Assembly (NCBI GenBank): GCA_963708075.1
Contig: OY970194.1
Location: 4,704,001-4,768,000, forward strand
Source of the DNA: Sedimentisphaerales bacterium
Lineage (GTDB): Bacteria > Planctomycetota > Phycisphaerae > Sedimentisphaerales > Anaerobacaceae
Direction: 5' to 3'
Length of the DNA stretch: 64,000 nt
Part shown: positions 8,892-19,012 of the stretch, in pieces
How the letters are laid out: each line of letters opens with the position of its first letter
Numbering within the stretch: position 1 is the stretch's first letter
Program-made: the position numbers and the translations under genes
The notes under the pieces: generated by a model
What the model saw: the letters and a program-made list of their open reading frames with translations, nothing else
The model's database searches: none
Told to the model about the DNA's origin: nothing

Positions 8892-8956
8892 CAGTTGTCA
8901 GTTGACAGTTGTCGGTTGTCAGTCAACTGGGAACTGAGAACTGTCCACTGACAACT
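8892..8956. repeat. Adjacent inverted 7-mer arrays (CAGTTGT)n/(ACAACTG)n forming a long hairpin just before the leuA RBS
   Basis: cagttgt cagttga cagttgt cggttgt cagt followed by caactgg gaactga gaactgt ccactga caact. Confidence 0.85.
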
Positions 8957-8971
8957 TTCTGGAGAATGAAA

Positions 8972-10540
8972 ATGTCTGGAGAAAAGGTAGTCATCTTTGA
9001 TACGACGTTACGCGATGGCGAGCAGTCGCCTGGGGCGGCCATGTCGATCCCGCAGAAGCTCGAGATCGCCCGGCAGCTTGCGGTGCTCGGCGTGGACATC
9101 ATCGAGGCGGGGTTCCCGATCTCGTCGCCCGCGCAGTTCGAGGCCACGAAGCTCGTCGCCGAGCAGGTGAAAGGCCCGGTGATCGCGGCCCTGGCCCGCG
9201 CCAACAGCGTCGATATCGAGGCGGCGGGCAAGGCCATCGCCCCGGCGAAGAAGAAACGCATCCACACGTTCATCGCGACCTCGCCGATCCACATGAAGCA
9301 CAAGCTCAAGAAGGAGCCGGACCAGGTCTTGAAGATGGCGGTCGAGGCGGTCAAGTTCGCGCGGACCTTCACGGACGACGTGGAGTTCTCGCCGGAGGAC
9401 GCCTGCCGCAGCGAGATTCCGTTCCTCGTCGAGATCCTCGCGGCGGTGATCGAGGCCGGCGCCACCACGCTGAATATCCCGGACACAGTCGGCTACGTGC
9501 TGCCGTATGAGTACGGCCAGCTCATCGCCAAGCTCAAGAGCGACGTGCCGGGTATCGGCAAATGCGTCATCAGCACGCATTGCCACAACGATCTCGGCAT
9601 GGCGGTGGCGAACTCGCTGGCGGGCGTGCGAAACGGCGCCCGGCAGGTCGAATGCACGATCAACGGGCTCGGCGAGCGGGCGGGCAACGCGGCCCTCGAA
9701 GAGGTCGTCATGACGATCCGCACGCGGCAGGACTTCTTCGGCCATGCGGCCAAGGATGGACTCTCGACGAACATCAACACGAAGGAAATCTTCCGGACGA
9801 GCCAGCTCGTCTCGCAGATCGACCGGTTTCGTGATCCAGCCGAACAAGGCCATCGTCGGCGCGAACGCCTTCGCGCACGAGTCGGGCATCCACGTGGACG
9901 GCATGCTGAAGGAACGCGAAAACCTATGAGATCATGACGCCGGAGACGATCGGGCTGGTCGGCTCGCGCATGGTGCTCGGCCGCCACACGGGCCGGCACG
10001 GGTTCGCCGAACGCTGCAAGCAACTCGGCTACAAGCTCACGAAAGAGGAAATCGAGCAGGCGTACCAGCGATTCGTGGAGATCGCCGACAAGAAGAAGGA
10101 AGTGTTCGACGCGGACGTTGCCGCCATCGTCAACGACCAAATCCGCATCGTCGAGCAGGTGTACGTGCTGGATTACCTGCACGTCGCCTCGGGCACCGGG
10201 ACCCTGCCGACCGCCAGCGTGAAGATGCGCGTCAAGGGCGAGACGAAGATCGCGGTGGCGTTCGGCGACGGGCCGGTCGACGCTGCCTACGAGGCGATCC
10301 GCCAGGCGATCGGACCTGACGCCCAAGCTCGAAGAGTACTCGATCCGGGCGGTCACCAGCGGCACAGAAGCCTTGGGTGAGGCGACCGTCCGCATTCGCG
10401 AGGACAGCCGGACCTTCATCGGCCGCGGCGTATCCACCGACATCATCGAGGCCAGCGCCAAGGCCTACGTCGATGCGATCAACCGAATGGCCGCCGCCAA
10501 GACAAGAGGCGAAGAGGCGCAAGTTAAAGCTGAATTGTAA
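8972..10540 (+). CDS. leuA: 2-isopropylmalate synthase (apparent frameshifts at ~9818 and ~10320)
   Basis: [23 protein letters not shown], then in other frames [31 protein letters not shown]; stop TAA 10538-10540. Confidence 0.93.
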
Positions 10541-10605
10541 AGAGAATCAAGTGCAAGAATCCAAGTGTAAGGTCACAATTCAAAACTCGAAGGCATCTAT
10601 GGATA

Positions 10606-11673
10606 ATGAATGATCAAGAGAAGGAGAGAAAGCACACATCACATGGAAAAGTGTCAATAGAGAAAGTAAACGGTTTACACACGGGATATGAGCGCAGAGA
10701 AAACATGAGATGGAAACCTTATATAGTGGGCCTCATTGACTTGCTGGGACAAAGTCGCAAGTTAAATGACCTGAGCGTGCTTTGGTGGAATAAGGATATC
10801 GCGCATAGCGCGATGGACGATAAGTCCGAGAGAATTCGTGAGCTTACAACAGCTACCTATGGCGAGGTGGAGTACTTGCGGGAGTTATTCCCTAAAACCG
10901 TTGGTACACTAGTTGGTACAGTAAAGGAGTATGCTCTCGAGAAGGCAGGGAAGTCTCAGCTTACAGAAAGTCAACAGGAGACGTTAACGAGAATGACCGC
11001 AAGCATATGCACGTTCCGCTCCTTCTCGGACATGGTTGTGTTCTGCGCACCTGTAGACTTGTCAGACGGGCTTGTTACACGCTTTCGGATAACTGCCATG
11101 CTACAAGCGTGTCTATCTCTTTTGCTTCTCGAGTTCAAAGCAGGCACTTTCTTTAGGGGTGGAATTGAAATAGAAATAGCGTGCGAGCTTAGTAATGGCG
11201 ATGTATATGGGCCTGCGCTAAGTGAAGCACATCGACTTGAGAAAGAAGTAGCCCAGTATCCAAGGGTCGTCATCGGACAGAGACTTAGCGAATTCGTCCG
11301 CTGCAAAGGACACGGATCAGATTCAGGAACATTTCGTGGCTTGTTACTAGCGGGAGTCAACCGCTTGTGCGAAGGATTGGTGTGCCGGGACGATGATGGC
11401 ACAATGATAGTTGACTATCTTGGCAAAACAGCTTCCGACTTAAGTCGGTTCAAGGGCAGCAAAGCGTCTGACTTTGTAAGAAGAGGCCTGTCGAGTATCG
11501 GGGACGAATTGGATGTGGCCAAGAAAGAGGGTAATGAGAAGTTGATAGAACGATATGAGAAATTACAGGCATACTACCAAAGCAGAATGAAGTTCTGGGA
11601 TGTGCAGAATGAAGTCCTGGGATGTGTAGTTAACTACTGCGGTACGAGCCGGGTAGAGATGAAGGATAGAACA
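10606..11673 (+). CDS. Class III nucleotide-cyclase-like hypothetical protein, AT-rich, no stop before leuC
   Basis: Motifs [39 protein letters not shown]; alternative start ATG 10705; reading frame continues into leuC. Confidence 0.65.
11584..11627 (+). repeat. 22-bp tandem duplication
   Basis: AGAATGAAGTTCTGGGATGTGC / AGAATGAAGTCCTGGGATGTGT. Confidence 0.85.
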
Positions 11674-12940
11674 ATGAGTATGACGATAACGGAAAAGATT
11701 CTGGCCCGGGCGGCGGGGGTGAAGACGGTCGTGCCGGGACAGTTGGTGGATGCGAACATCGACGTGGTGATGTGTCACGATGTGACGACGCCGCCGGCGA
11801 TTTCGATGCTCGTGGAGAAGGGGATCGACCGCGTGTTCGATCCGGACAAGATCGTGGTGACGCCGGACCATTTCCAGCCGGCCAAGGACGTCCAGAGCGC
11901 CGAGCTGCACAAGCGGCTGGACGCATGGGCCAAGCGGCACGGTCTTAAGCATTACTACAAGCTGGGCCGGGCGGGCGTCTGTCACGCGCTGCTGCCCGAG
12001 CAGGGCCACATCCGGCCGGGCGAGGTCATCGTGGGCGGCGACTCGCACACGTGCACCTACGGCGCCTTCGCGGCGTTCAGCACCGGCATCGGCTCGACCG
12101 ATCTGGCGGCGGCCATCGCCACGGGCAAGCTCTGGTTCAAGGTGCCCGGCGTCGATGAAGTTCGTGCTCAACGGCTCGCTGCCGCACGGCGTGTACAGCA
12201 AGGACGTGATCCTCGCCGTGATCGGGCGGATCGGCACGGACGGTGCGCTCTATCGGGCGATGGAGTTCGTCGGCCCGGCGCTGTCCGAGCATGTCGATGG
12301 AAGCCCGCATGACGATGACGAACATGGCCATCGAGGCCGGCGCCAAGAACGGCATCATCGGGTTCGACGAGGTGACCAAGGCGTATCTCGACGAACATCT
12401 CAAGGACAAGACCGACTACACTGTGTTCGAGTCGGACACGGACGCCGAGTACATCGCGACGGAAGAGTTCGACTGCTCGAAGCTGGAGCCGACGGTGGCG
12501 CTGCCGCACCTGCCGAGCAACGCGGTGCCGATCAGCCAGTGCGCGGGCAAGGCGATGGACCAGGCGTACATCGGCAGTTGCACGAACGGCCGGATCGAGG
12601 ACCTTCGCATCGCCGCCAAGATCATGAAGGGCAAACAAGTGGCGATCCGCACGATCGTCGTGCCCTCCACGCCCGAAGATCTGGAAGCAGGCGCCAAGAT
12701 GAAGGCTTGTTCAACGTCTTCTACGAGGCCGGCTGCGTGATCTCCGCCCCGACCTGCGGCGCGTGCCTCGGCGGCTTCATGGGCGTCCTGGCCGCTGGCG
12801 AAAAGTGCGTCAGCACGACCAACCGCAATTTCGTCGGCCGCATGGGCAGTCCCAAGAGCGAAGTCTACCTGGCCAGCCCCGCAACGGCGGCGGCCAGTGC
12901 TGTGGAAGGGAAACTGACAGACCCAAGAGAATACCTGTAG
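11674..12940 (+). CDS. leuC: 3-isopropylmalate dehydratase large subunit (apparent frameshifts at ~12150, ~12290, ~12690)
   Basis: [61 protein letters not shown] spread over three frames. Confidence 0.93.
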
Positions 12941-12947
12941 GAAGAAA

Positions 12948-13440
12948 AGTACGAATATCGAAATACGAAATCCGAAACAAACCTGAATGACGGAAACACG
13001 AAATCCAAAACAGTACGACCTGGAAGATCGAACGCTTGCGTTCGCACGCGATGTGCGTCAATTTGTTAAACAGTTGAAGCGGACGATAGCCAATATCGAG
13101 GACGGCAAGCAGCTCATCAGAGCGTCAGGTTCGGTCGGGGCTAATTACATCGAGGCCAATGAGGCTCTGAGCAAAAAGGATTTCCTTATGCGGATACGAA
13201 TATGCAGAAAGGAATCCAAAGAGAGCCGGTACTGGCTCAGACTCGTTGATACTTGTGAAGATCAGAAACGGGAAGTTCATAGGCAAGAACTGATACAGGA
13301 AGCCACGGAACTCATGAGCATCTTTGGCTCGATTATCCGCAAGAGCGAGTGATGTTTGGGGCATTTTGTAATTGGAGTTTTGGGTATTGTTTCGAATTTC
13401 GATATTCGGATTTCGAATTTGAGATTCGAGTTTGAGAATT
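12948..13440. repeat. Inverted degenerate 7-mer arms (CGAAATx)n ... (xATTTCG)n flanking the four-helix-bundle gene
   Basis: Left aagtacgaatatcgaaatacgaaatccgaaacaaa; reverse complement of right aaattcgaaatccgaatatcgaaattcgaaacaat. Confidence 0.85.
12987..13352 (+). CDS. Four helix bundle protein (23S rRNA IVS protein / TIGR02436-like)
   Basis: DLEDRT..FA, QLIRASGSVGANYIEA, SKKDF, KESKESRYWL, EATELMSIF. Confidence 0.92.
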   Translation: MTETRNPKQYDLEDRTLAFARDVRQFVKQLKRTIANIEDGKQLIRASGSVGANYIEANEALSKKDFLMRIRICRKESKESRYWLRLVDTCEDQKREVHRQELIQEATELMSIFGSIIRKSE

Positions 13441-13453
13441 GATGAGGACGACT

Positions 13454-13939
13454 ATGTCAAAGGCACATGTCTATAAGCGCGATCACATCAATACCGACGA
13501 GATCATCCCGGCCCGGTATTTGAATACGGATAACGAGGCGGAGTTGGCCAAGCACTGCATGGAGGACTTGGACAAGGATTTCGTTAAGAAGGCCAAGCCC
13601 GGTGACGTGATTGTCGCAGGCGACGACTTCGGCTGCGGGTCCAGCCGGGAGCATGCGGTCTGGGCGATTCGCGGGGCGAAGGTGCAGACGGTCATCGCCC
13701 GGTCGTTCGCGCGGATCTTCTATCGCAACGCGATCGACTGCGGCTTCTACCTGATCGAGTCGGCGGACGCCGTGAACAAGATCAAGGACGGCGACGAGGT
13801 CGAGATCGACTACGACGCCGGCGTGATCAAGGACAAGACGAGCAAGACCAGGATCAAGTTCATGCCCCTGCCCGACTTCGCCCTGGAGATCATCCGCGAC
13901 GGCGGCTTGCTCGATCACATCATGAAGAAGAGTGTGTGA
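13454..13939 (+). CDS. leuD: 3-isopropylmalate dehydratase small subunit
   Basis: [37 protein letters not shown]. Confidence 0.95.
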   Translation: MSKAHVYKRDHINTDEIIPARYLNTDNEAELAKHCMEDLDKDFVKKAKPGDVIVAGDDFGCGSSREHAVWAIRGAKVQTVIARSFARIFYRNAIDCGFYLIESADAVNKIKDGDEVEIDYDAGVIKDKTSKTRIKFMPLPDFALEIIRDGGLLDHIMKKSV

Positions 13940-13958
13940 TGACCTGGAGGCGGAGCGA

Positions 13959-15473
13959 ATGAAAGGCAATCGCCTCAACAGGCGCGGATTCCTCAGGAGT
14001 CGCCGGTGCCACGGCGATCGCTGGGACTCTGGGCTTGCGTTGGTCTCCAGTCAGCAAGGTGGTGCGCCGCAGGCCGAACATCGTGTTCTTTCTCGTCGAT
14101 GATCTGGGCCGGCAGGACCTGGGCTGCTACGGCAGCACGTTCTACGAGACGCCCAACATCGACCGGCTGGCGGCGCAAGGGATGCGGTTCACGAATGCCT
14201 ACGCGGCCTGTCCCGTCTGCTCGCCGACGCGGGCCAGCATCATGACGGGCAAGTACCCGGCCCGGATCCGACTGACCAACTACATCGCGGGCGCTCGGCC
14301 CGGCAAGCTGCTCTCGGCGGAGTACTTCCACTATATGAAATTGGAGGAGGTGACGCTCGCCGAGGCGCTGAAGGAGGCGGGGTACAAAACGTGTTTCGTG
14401 GGCAAATGGCACCTGGGCGACGAGCCGTACTACCCCGAAAGGCAGGGCTTCGACGTCAACATCGCGGGCGACCAGCTCCGGCTCGCCGCCGACGTACTTC
14501 TATCCCTATACACGGGGCAAGCGCTCGATTCCGGGCCTGGAGGAGGGCAAGCCGGGCGAGTACCTGACGGACCGACTCACGGATGAATCGCTCAAGTTGA
14601 TCGAGCAGAGCAAAGGCGAGCCATTCCTGCTGTACCTGTCCTTCTACGCGGTCCACATCCCGCTGGAGGCCAAGAAGGAATTGGTGGAGAAGTACAAGGC
14701 CAAGGCCCAGCGTCTGGGGTTGGACGATGACCCGCACTTCCCGACCGGTGAAGACTGGCCCAAGACGGCAGCGGGGAACGAGAAGTGGCGCGCGACGCTC
14801 AAGACCCGCATCCTCCAGGACCACGCGGTTTACTCGGCCATGATGGAGAGCCTGGATGACAGCGTGGGTCGGGTGATGAAGAAGCTCGATGAGCTGGGGC
14901 TCGCGGACAGACACGATCGTCATCTTCATGTCCGACAATGGCGGCCTGTCGACGGCAGAGGGCCAGCCCACGTGCAACCTGCCCCTGCGGGCGGGCAAAG
15001 GCTGGCTCTACGAGGGCGGCATCCGCGAGCCGATGATGATCAAGTGGCCCGGCGTGGGCCGGGCGGGCAGCACCTGCGATGAGCCGGTGACCAGCACGGA
15101 CTTCTATCCGACGATGCTGGAGATGGCGGGCCTGCCGCTCAAGCCGGACCAGCACGTGGACGGCGAAAGCATGGTCCCGCTGCTCAAAGGCACGGGCAAG
15201 CAGCGGCGCAACGCCCTCTACTGGCACTACCCGCACTACAGCAACCAGGGCGGCAAGCCCGGCGGGGCCGTCCGCGTCGGCGATTTCAAGCTGATAGAAT
15301 CCTATGAAGACGACCGGGTCGAATTGTATAATCTGCGGGCCGATCTCGGCGAGCAGCACGACTTGGCCGCCGAAATGCCGGACAAGGCCGCCGAGCTGCG
15401 GCGAATGCTGCACGCATGGCGAAACGAAGTTGGAGCCGTGATGCCCCGGCCGAACCCGGATTGGAAAGAGTGA
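13959..15473 (+). CDS. Tat-exported FGly-dependent sulfatase (several apparent frameshifts)
   Basis: NRRGFL twin-arginine signal, [50 protein letters not shown]. Confidence 0.9.
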
Positions 15474-15485
15474 CCCGTCTTGTCT

Positions 15486-15512
15486 GTCATTCCCGCGAGG
15501 GCGGGAATCCAG
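15486..15512. repeat. Short palindromic repeat GTCATTCCCGCGAGGGCGGGAATCCAG
   Basis: ATTCCCGC-N4-GCGGGAAT hairpin resembling the widespread dRS3/RPE-like class; GTAG-type hairpin nearby at ~15572. Confidence 0.7.
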
Positions 15513-15637
15513 TGGACAGAGGGCTTGATAAATCCCTGTCTCCGGTCGGGTGACACGACCGGGCAGCAGCGGTAGGGTGTGCTCCGCACATCATTCTTCT
15601 AAGATTTGGGCAAGTGACAGAGAAAGGAAATGGTTGG

Positions 15638-16732
15638 ATGGCAAAGACGTACAAGATTGCAGTGATACCCGGGGATGGAACAGGGCCGGAAGTGATTGCG
15701 GAGGCGGTGAAGGTGTTGAAGGCCGCGGCGGGCAAGTTCAAGTTCAAGACGGACCTGACCACGTTCGACTTCGGCGGCGAGCGATACAAGCGAACGGGCG
15801 AGACGCTGCCCGATAGCGCGGTCGAGGAGCTTCGCAAGTTCGACGCGATCCTGCTCGGTGCGATCGGGCATCCGGATGTGGCGCCGGGGATTCTCGAAAA
15901 GGGCATCCTGTTGAAGGCTCGGTTCGAGCTGGACCAGTACATCAACCTGCGGCCGGTGCGGCTGTATCCCGGCGTCGAGACGCCGCTGAAGAACAAGGGC
16001 CCGCAGGACATCGATTTCGTCGTCGTCCGCGAGAATACCGGCGACGCCTACACCGGCACCGGCGGCGTCACGATGAAGGGCACGCCGAATGAAGTGGCCG
16101 TGCAGTCGGCGGTCTACACGCGATTCCAGGTGGATCGCTGCCTGAAGTACGCCTTCGAGTACGCCCGCAAGTTCGGCAAGAAGGCTCGCGGCCGGGGCGA
16201 GAAGAACACGCTGGCCCTGTGCGGCAAGACCAATGTCCTGACGTACATCTACGGCCTCTGGGAGCGGGCCTTCCACGAGATGGGCCAGGCCCAGTATCCC
16301 GACATCACCCGCGAGTATTACCACGTGGACGCGACCTGCATGTGGTTCGTGAAGAATCCCGAGTGGTTCGACGTGATCGTCACGGGCAACCTGTTCGGCG
16401 ACATCATCACGGACCTGGGCGCCATGATCCAGGGCGGCATGGGCATCGCCGCCGGCGGCAACATCAACCCCGATCAAGGCGGCGTCAGCATGTTCGAGCC
16501 CATCGGCGGCAGCGCCCCGAAGTACACCGGCAAGGGCGTGATCAACCCGCTGGCGGCGATCTGCGCAGCCCAGATGATGCTGGCCACGCTCGGCCAGGAG
16601 AAAGCCGCGAATACCATCGAGCAGGCCGTGATGTATGTCACGGCCAACAAGCTCAAGAGCCTCGCCGCCGGCAAGATGGGCTACTCGACCAGCCAGGTCG
16701 GCGACCTCGTCGCAGCCAGAGTCGTGGAATAA
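15638..16732 (+). CDS. leuB: 3-isopropylmalate dehydrogenase
   Basis: [37 protein letters not shown]; located in the leu cluster. Confidence 0.93.
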   Translation: MAKTYKIAVIPGDGTGPEVIAEAVKVLKAAAGKFKFKTDLTTFDFGGERYKRTGETLPDSAVEELRKFDAILLGAIGHPDVAPGILEKGILLKARFELDQYINLRPVRLYPGVETPLKNKGPQDIDFVVVRENTGDAYTGTGGVTMKGTPNEVAVQSAVYTRFQVDRCLKYAFEYARKFGKKARGRGEKNTLALCGKTNVLTYIYGLWERAFHEMGQAQYPDITREYYHVDATCMWFVKNPEWFDVIVTGNLFGDIITDLGAMIQGGMGIAAGGNINPDQGGVSMFEPIGGSAPKYTGKGVINPLAAICAAQMMLATLGQEKAANTIEQAVMYVTANKLKSLAAGKMGYSTSQVGDLVAARVVE

Positions 16733-16751
16733 GGCTACAGGATTATCCTCT

Positions 16752-16840
16752 GGGTGGCAGCGTCAAGCGCAGCTTGGCGATGGTTCTACAAGAGTACAGT
16801 GAGACCATCGCCAAGGCCTGCGGCCTTGACGCTGCCACCC
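16752..16840. repeat. REPIN-like palindrome GGGTGGCAGCGTCAAG...CTTGACGCTGCCACCC
   Basis: 16-bp terminal inverted repeat plus inner CTTGGCGATGG/CCATCGCCAAG; lies between convergent genes. Confidence 0.8.
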
Positions 16841-16895
16841 GCGTCATTTCATCTTCCCACATGCGGATGCTTTCCACGGGCAGAACACTCGTGCT

Positions 16896-17567
16896 TCAGA
16901 TCTGGTCGAGAATCGTGACAGTGCCTTGGTCGCCGTCGATGCGGAGGAGTTGGCCGGTGCGGATGAATTTGGAGGCGGGGCCGACGTTGGCGACGGCGGG
17001 GATGCCGTACTCGCGAGCAATGATCAAGCCGTGCGAGAGGACGCCGCCCTGGTCCATGACCACGCCGGCCGCCGGTAGGAGATAGGGCGTCCACGCCGGA
17101 TCGGTGGACGGGGCCACCAGGATTTCGCCGGGCTCGACGTGCTCGTGGTCGTCCGCATGCAGGATCACTCGCGCCTTGCCCGTCACGGTTCCCGGGCTCA
17201 CGGCGATGTCCTTCAGTTCCTTCACGGTGGCATCAACTTGCGGCAGCACGTGCTTTTTCGGATCGAATCGACCCACGACGACAGGCGGTGGAGTAAACGT
17301 TTTGTTCCGCTCATATTCCGCGCGACGCTCTGTGATGCGCCGGTTCACATCGAAATCGACACGGCCTTCCACCAATGATGCAACTCGCGGGCGAAGGCCA
17401 TTTGTGTCAAGATGTTCTTTGAAAGCAAGCGTCGTCAGGAAGAAGCATGACGGGATCTTCACGCCAAGCCCGTGCAGCGTACACAGACTCACCGCCTTGG
17501 GGCCAATGAGAGGCTTGTACGACGCGGGCAGTCTTCGATCCAACCACAGAATCATTTTCTCGGACAT
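16896..17567 (-). CDS. Short PEP-utilising enzyme-like protein (ATP-grasp N-terminal stub joined to a His-swivel domain); possible internal-deletion remnant
   Basis: IGPKAVSL..L...GVKIP..F.LTT start and GGVLSHGLIIAREYGIPAV phosphohistidine domain within only 223 aa. Confidence 0.75.
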   Translation of the reverse strand: MSEKMILWLDRRLPASYKPLIGPKAVSLCTLHGLGVKIPSCFFLTTLAFKEHLDTNGLRPRVASLVEGRVDFDVNRRITERRAEYERNKTFTPPPVVVGRFDPKKHVLPQVDATVKELKDIAVSPGTVTGKARVILHADDHEHVEPGEILVAPSTDPAWTPYLLPAAGVVMDQGGVLSHGLIIAREYGIPAVANVGPASKFIRTGQLLRIDGDQGTVTILDQI

Positions 17568-17591
17568 ATCTACTCTTAGTACACCTGCCTT

Positions 17592-18899
17592 CTATCCGGC
17601 ATTCACGTCTTTGACGAAGTAGACAGCGTCCGCCTGGGCCGTGAGGTCGGTCGAGGCGTAGTGGCCCTCCATTAACCGGACATTGGCGCGGGACAGAATC
17701 GTCCTGGCTTGGGGATCGACGTCGCTCAGCGGTAAGAGAAATCGATCTCCCACCTGGGCCAGGAGCGACTCGACGGTATCGTCGCGCAGGCGCACGGTCC
17801 GGGGACCCTTGGGCGTCATCAACGATCCTTGGCCGTAAAGCATCCAGACGGACAAAACTTGTCCCGGGAAGCGCCGGTGCAAATGCGCGCCGACACTATC
17901 GCCCATATTCGTGGGCCAGCCGGCCAGCTTGAAGTACATCCTGTATCCCCAGGCGCCCAGCCATGACCGCAGGCCCCAGAAGCTGCTGAACTGGGGGTGG
18001 AAGTGCAGATTCACGGCATCTTTGGAGAGATGGACATTGTGGCCCAGGAGGATGAGCTTGTCGTCGCCGCTCAGCCCGTCTACTATCGCGTCGAGGGATT
18101 GCATCAGGAAATGCTCCCGCTGGGCCCACCACCGTCGACTGCCCCGGCGGTCCTGGTTCACGCGGGGCCTCTTCTCGGCGGCGACACTATCGTGCAGAAA
18201 GGCGAGCCACGATTGCAGTGGCCCGAACGTCCCTTCGGCCAGGATATCCGCGCAGGCACTCAGGTCGCTCTGGATGACCTCGATTTGAGCCAACTGCTCG
18301 TCCGTCGAGAGGCCCCGGAGCCTGTCGAGAGCGCTGAGCAACTCGTGGACTTGGCTGCCGGTATGACCTTCAAGGAGCCACTGGATCGGCCGGATGGCGG
18401 CCAGCGGCACGCCGAGGTCGAGATCGTAACCCCAGTAGTGCAGGCGGGGCGTGCCCGGCGCGCGGGACTCGCTGAGGCAACGAAGCTGTTCGTGAAAGGG
18501 GTTCTCGTGCGCGTCGATGAACTCCAAGATCTTGTCGTGGATGGCCAGATCCGTGGGACTGGGAGACTCGGCTCTCATGTCAGACAAGTAAGATGTGTCT
18601 CCGGTTTTCAGATAGCGGTCCACGCGCCAACCGACGGACCGTCCGGTTTCCATGCCGATGTGTCGCCAGCCGCGCCCAAACAGATGCCGTATCAGCATCA
18701 GGCGAAACGGGTACTTCTCGACGATGAAATGGTCTGGCTCGCCCAGGAACACGAACCGTTTATCCTCCAGCACCCGATCCAGTGCGGCCTGCGCACGTTC
18801 GCCGAGCGGTTCATCCTGCGATCCCGGTATAGGGACGGCAGACCGTCTGGCCCAGGCCAGGAAGGCTTCCCTCAGAGATGCCACCCTGTTCTTCAACAT
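17592..18899 (-). CDS. Erythromycin esterase family protein
   Basis: FVFLGEPDH, IGMETG, YWGYDL, RE..LM, ILLGHNVH match Ere-family motifs. Confidence 0.7.
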   Translation of the reverse strand: MLKNRVASLREAFLAWARRSAVPIPGSQDEPLGERAQAALDRVLEDKRFVFLGEPDHFIVEKYPFRLMLIRHLFGRGWRHIGMETGRSVGWRVDRYLKTGDTSYLSDMRAESPSPTDLAIHDKILEFIDAHENPFHEQLRCLSESRAPGTPRLHYWGYDLDLGVPLAAIRPIQWLLEGHTGSQVHELLSALDRLRGLSTDEQLAQIEVIQSDLSACADILAEGTFGPLQSWLAFLHDSVAAEKRPRVNQDRRGSRRWWAQREHFLMQSLDAIVDGLSGDDKLILLGHNVHLSKDAVNLHFHPQFSSFWGLRSWLGAWGYRMYFKLAGWPTNMGDSVGAHLHRRFPGQVLSVWMLYGQGSLMTPKGPRTVRLRDDTVESLLAQVGDRFLLPLSDVDPQARTILSRANVRLMEGHYASTDLTAQADAVYFVKDVNAG

Positions 18900-19012
18900 A
18901 CCTCGTCATCCATAGAATACGACACGTGACGGCAGTATGACTCGGTAATGACACAATCAGGAAGACGGATGCCGGATGATTTCGTTACGTCCTCCGGCGC
19001 ATCCGTTGCGAT

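Noticed and set aside
12987..13352. Diversity-generating retroelement (Avd-like gene)
   Set aside because: No reverse transcriptase and no template/variable repeat pair with adenine-specific mismatches seen in the window.
9800..14910. Pseudogenisation or programmed frameshifting of leuA, leuC and the sulfatase
   Set aside because: Multiple single-base indels with intact catalytic motifs and no nonsense decay; similar indels in flp, tadC, the Zn dehydrogenase, the HAD gene and the ATP-cone gene point to long-read or assembly error. Needs read polishing to confirm.
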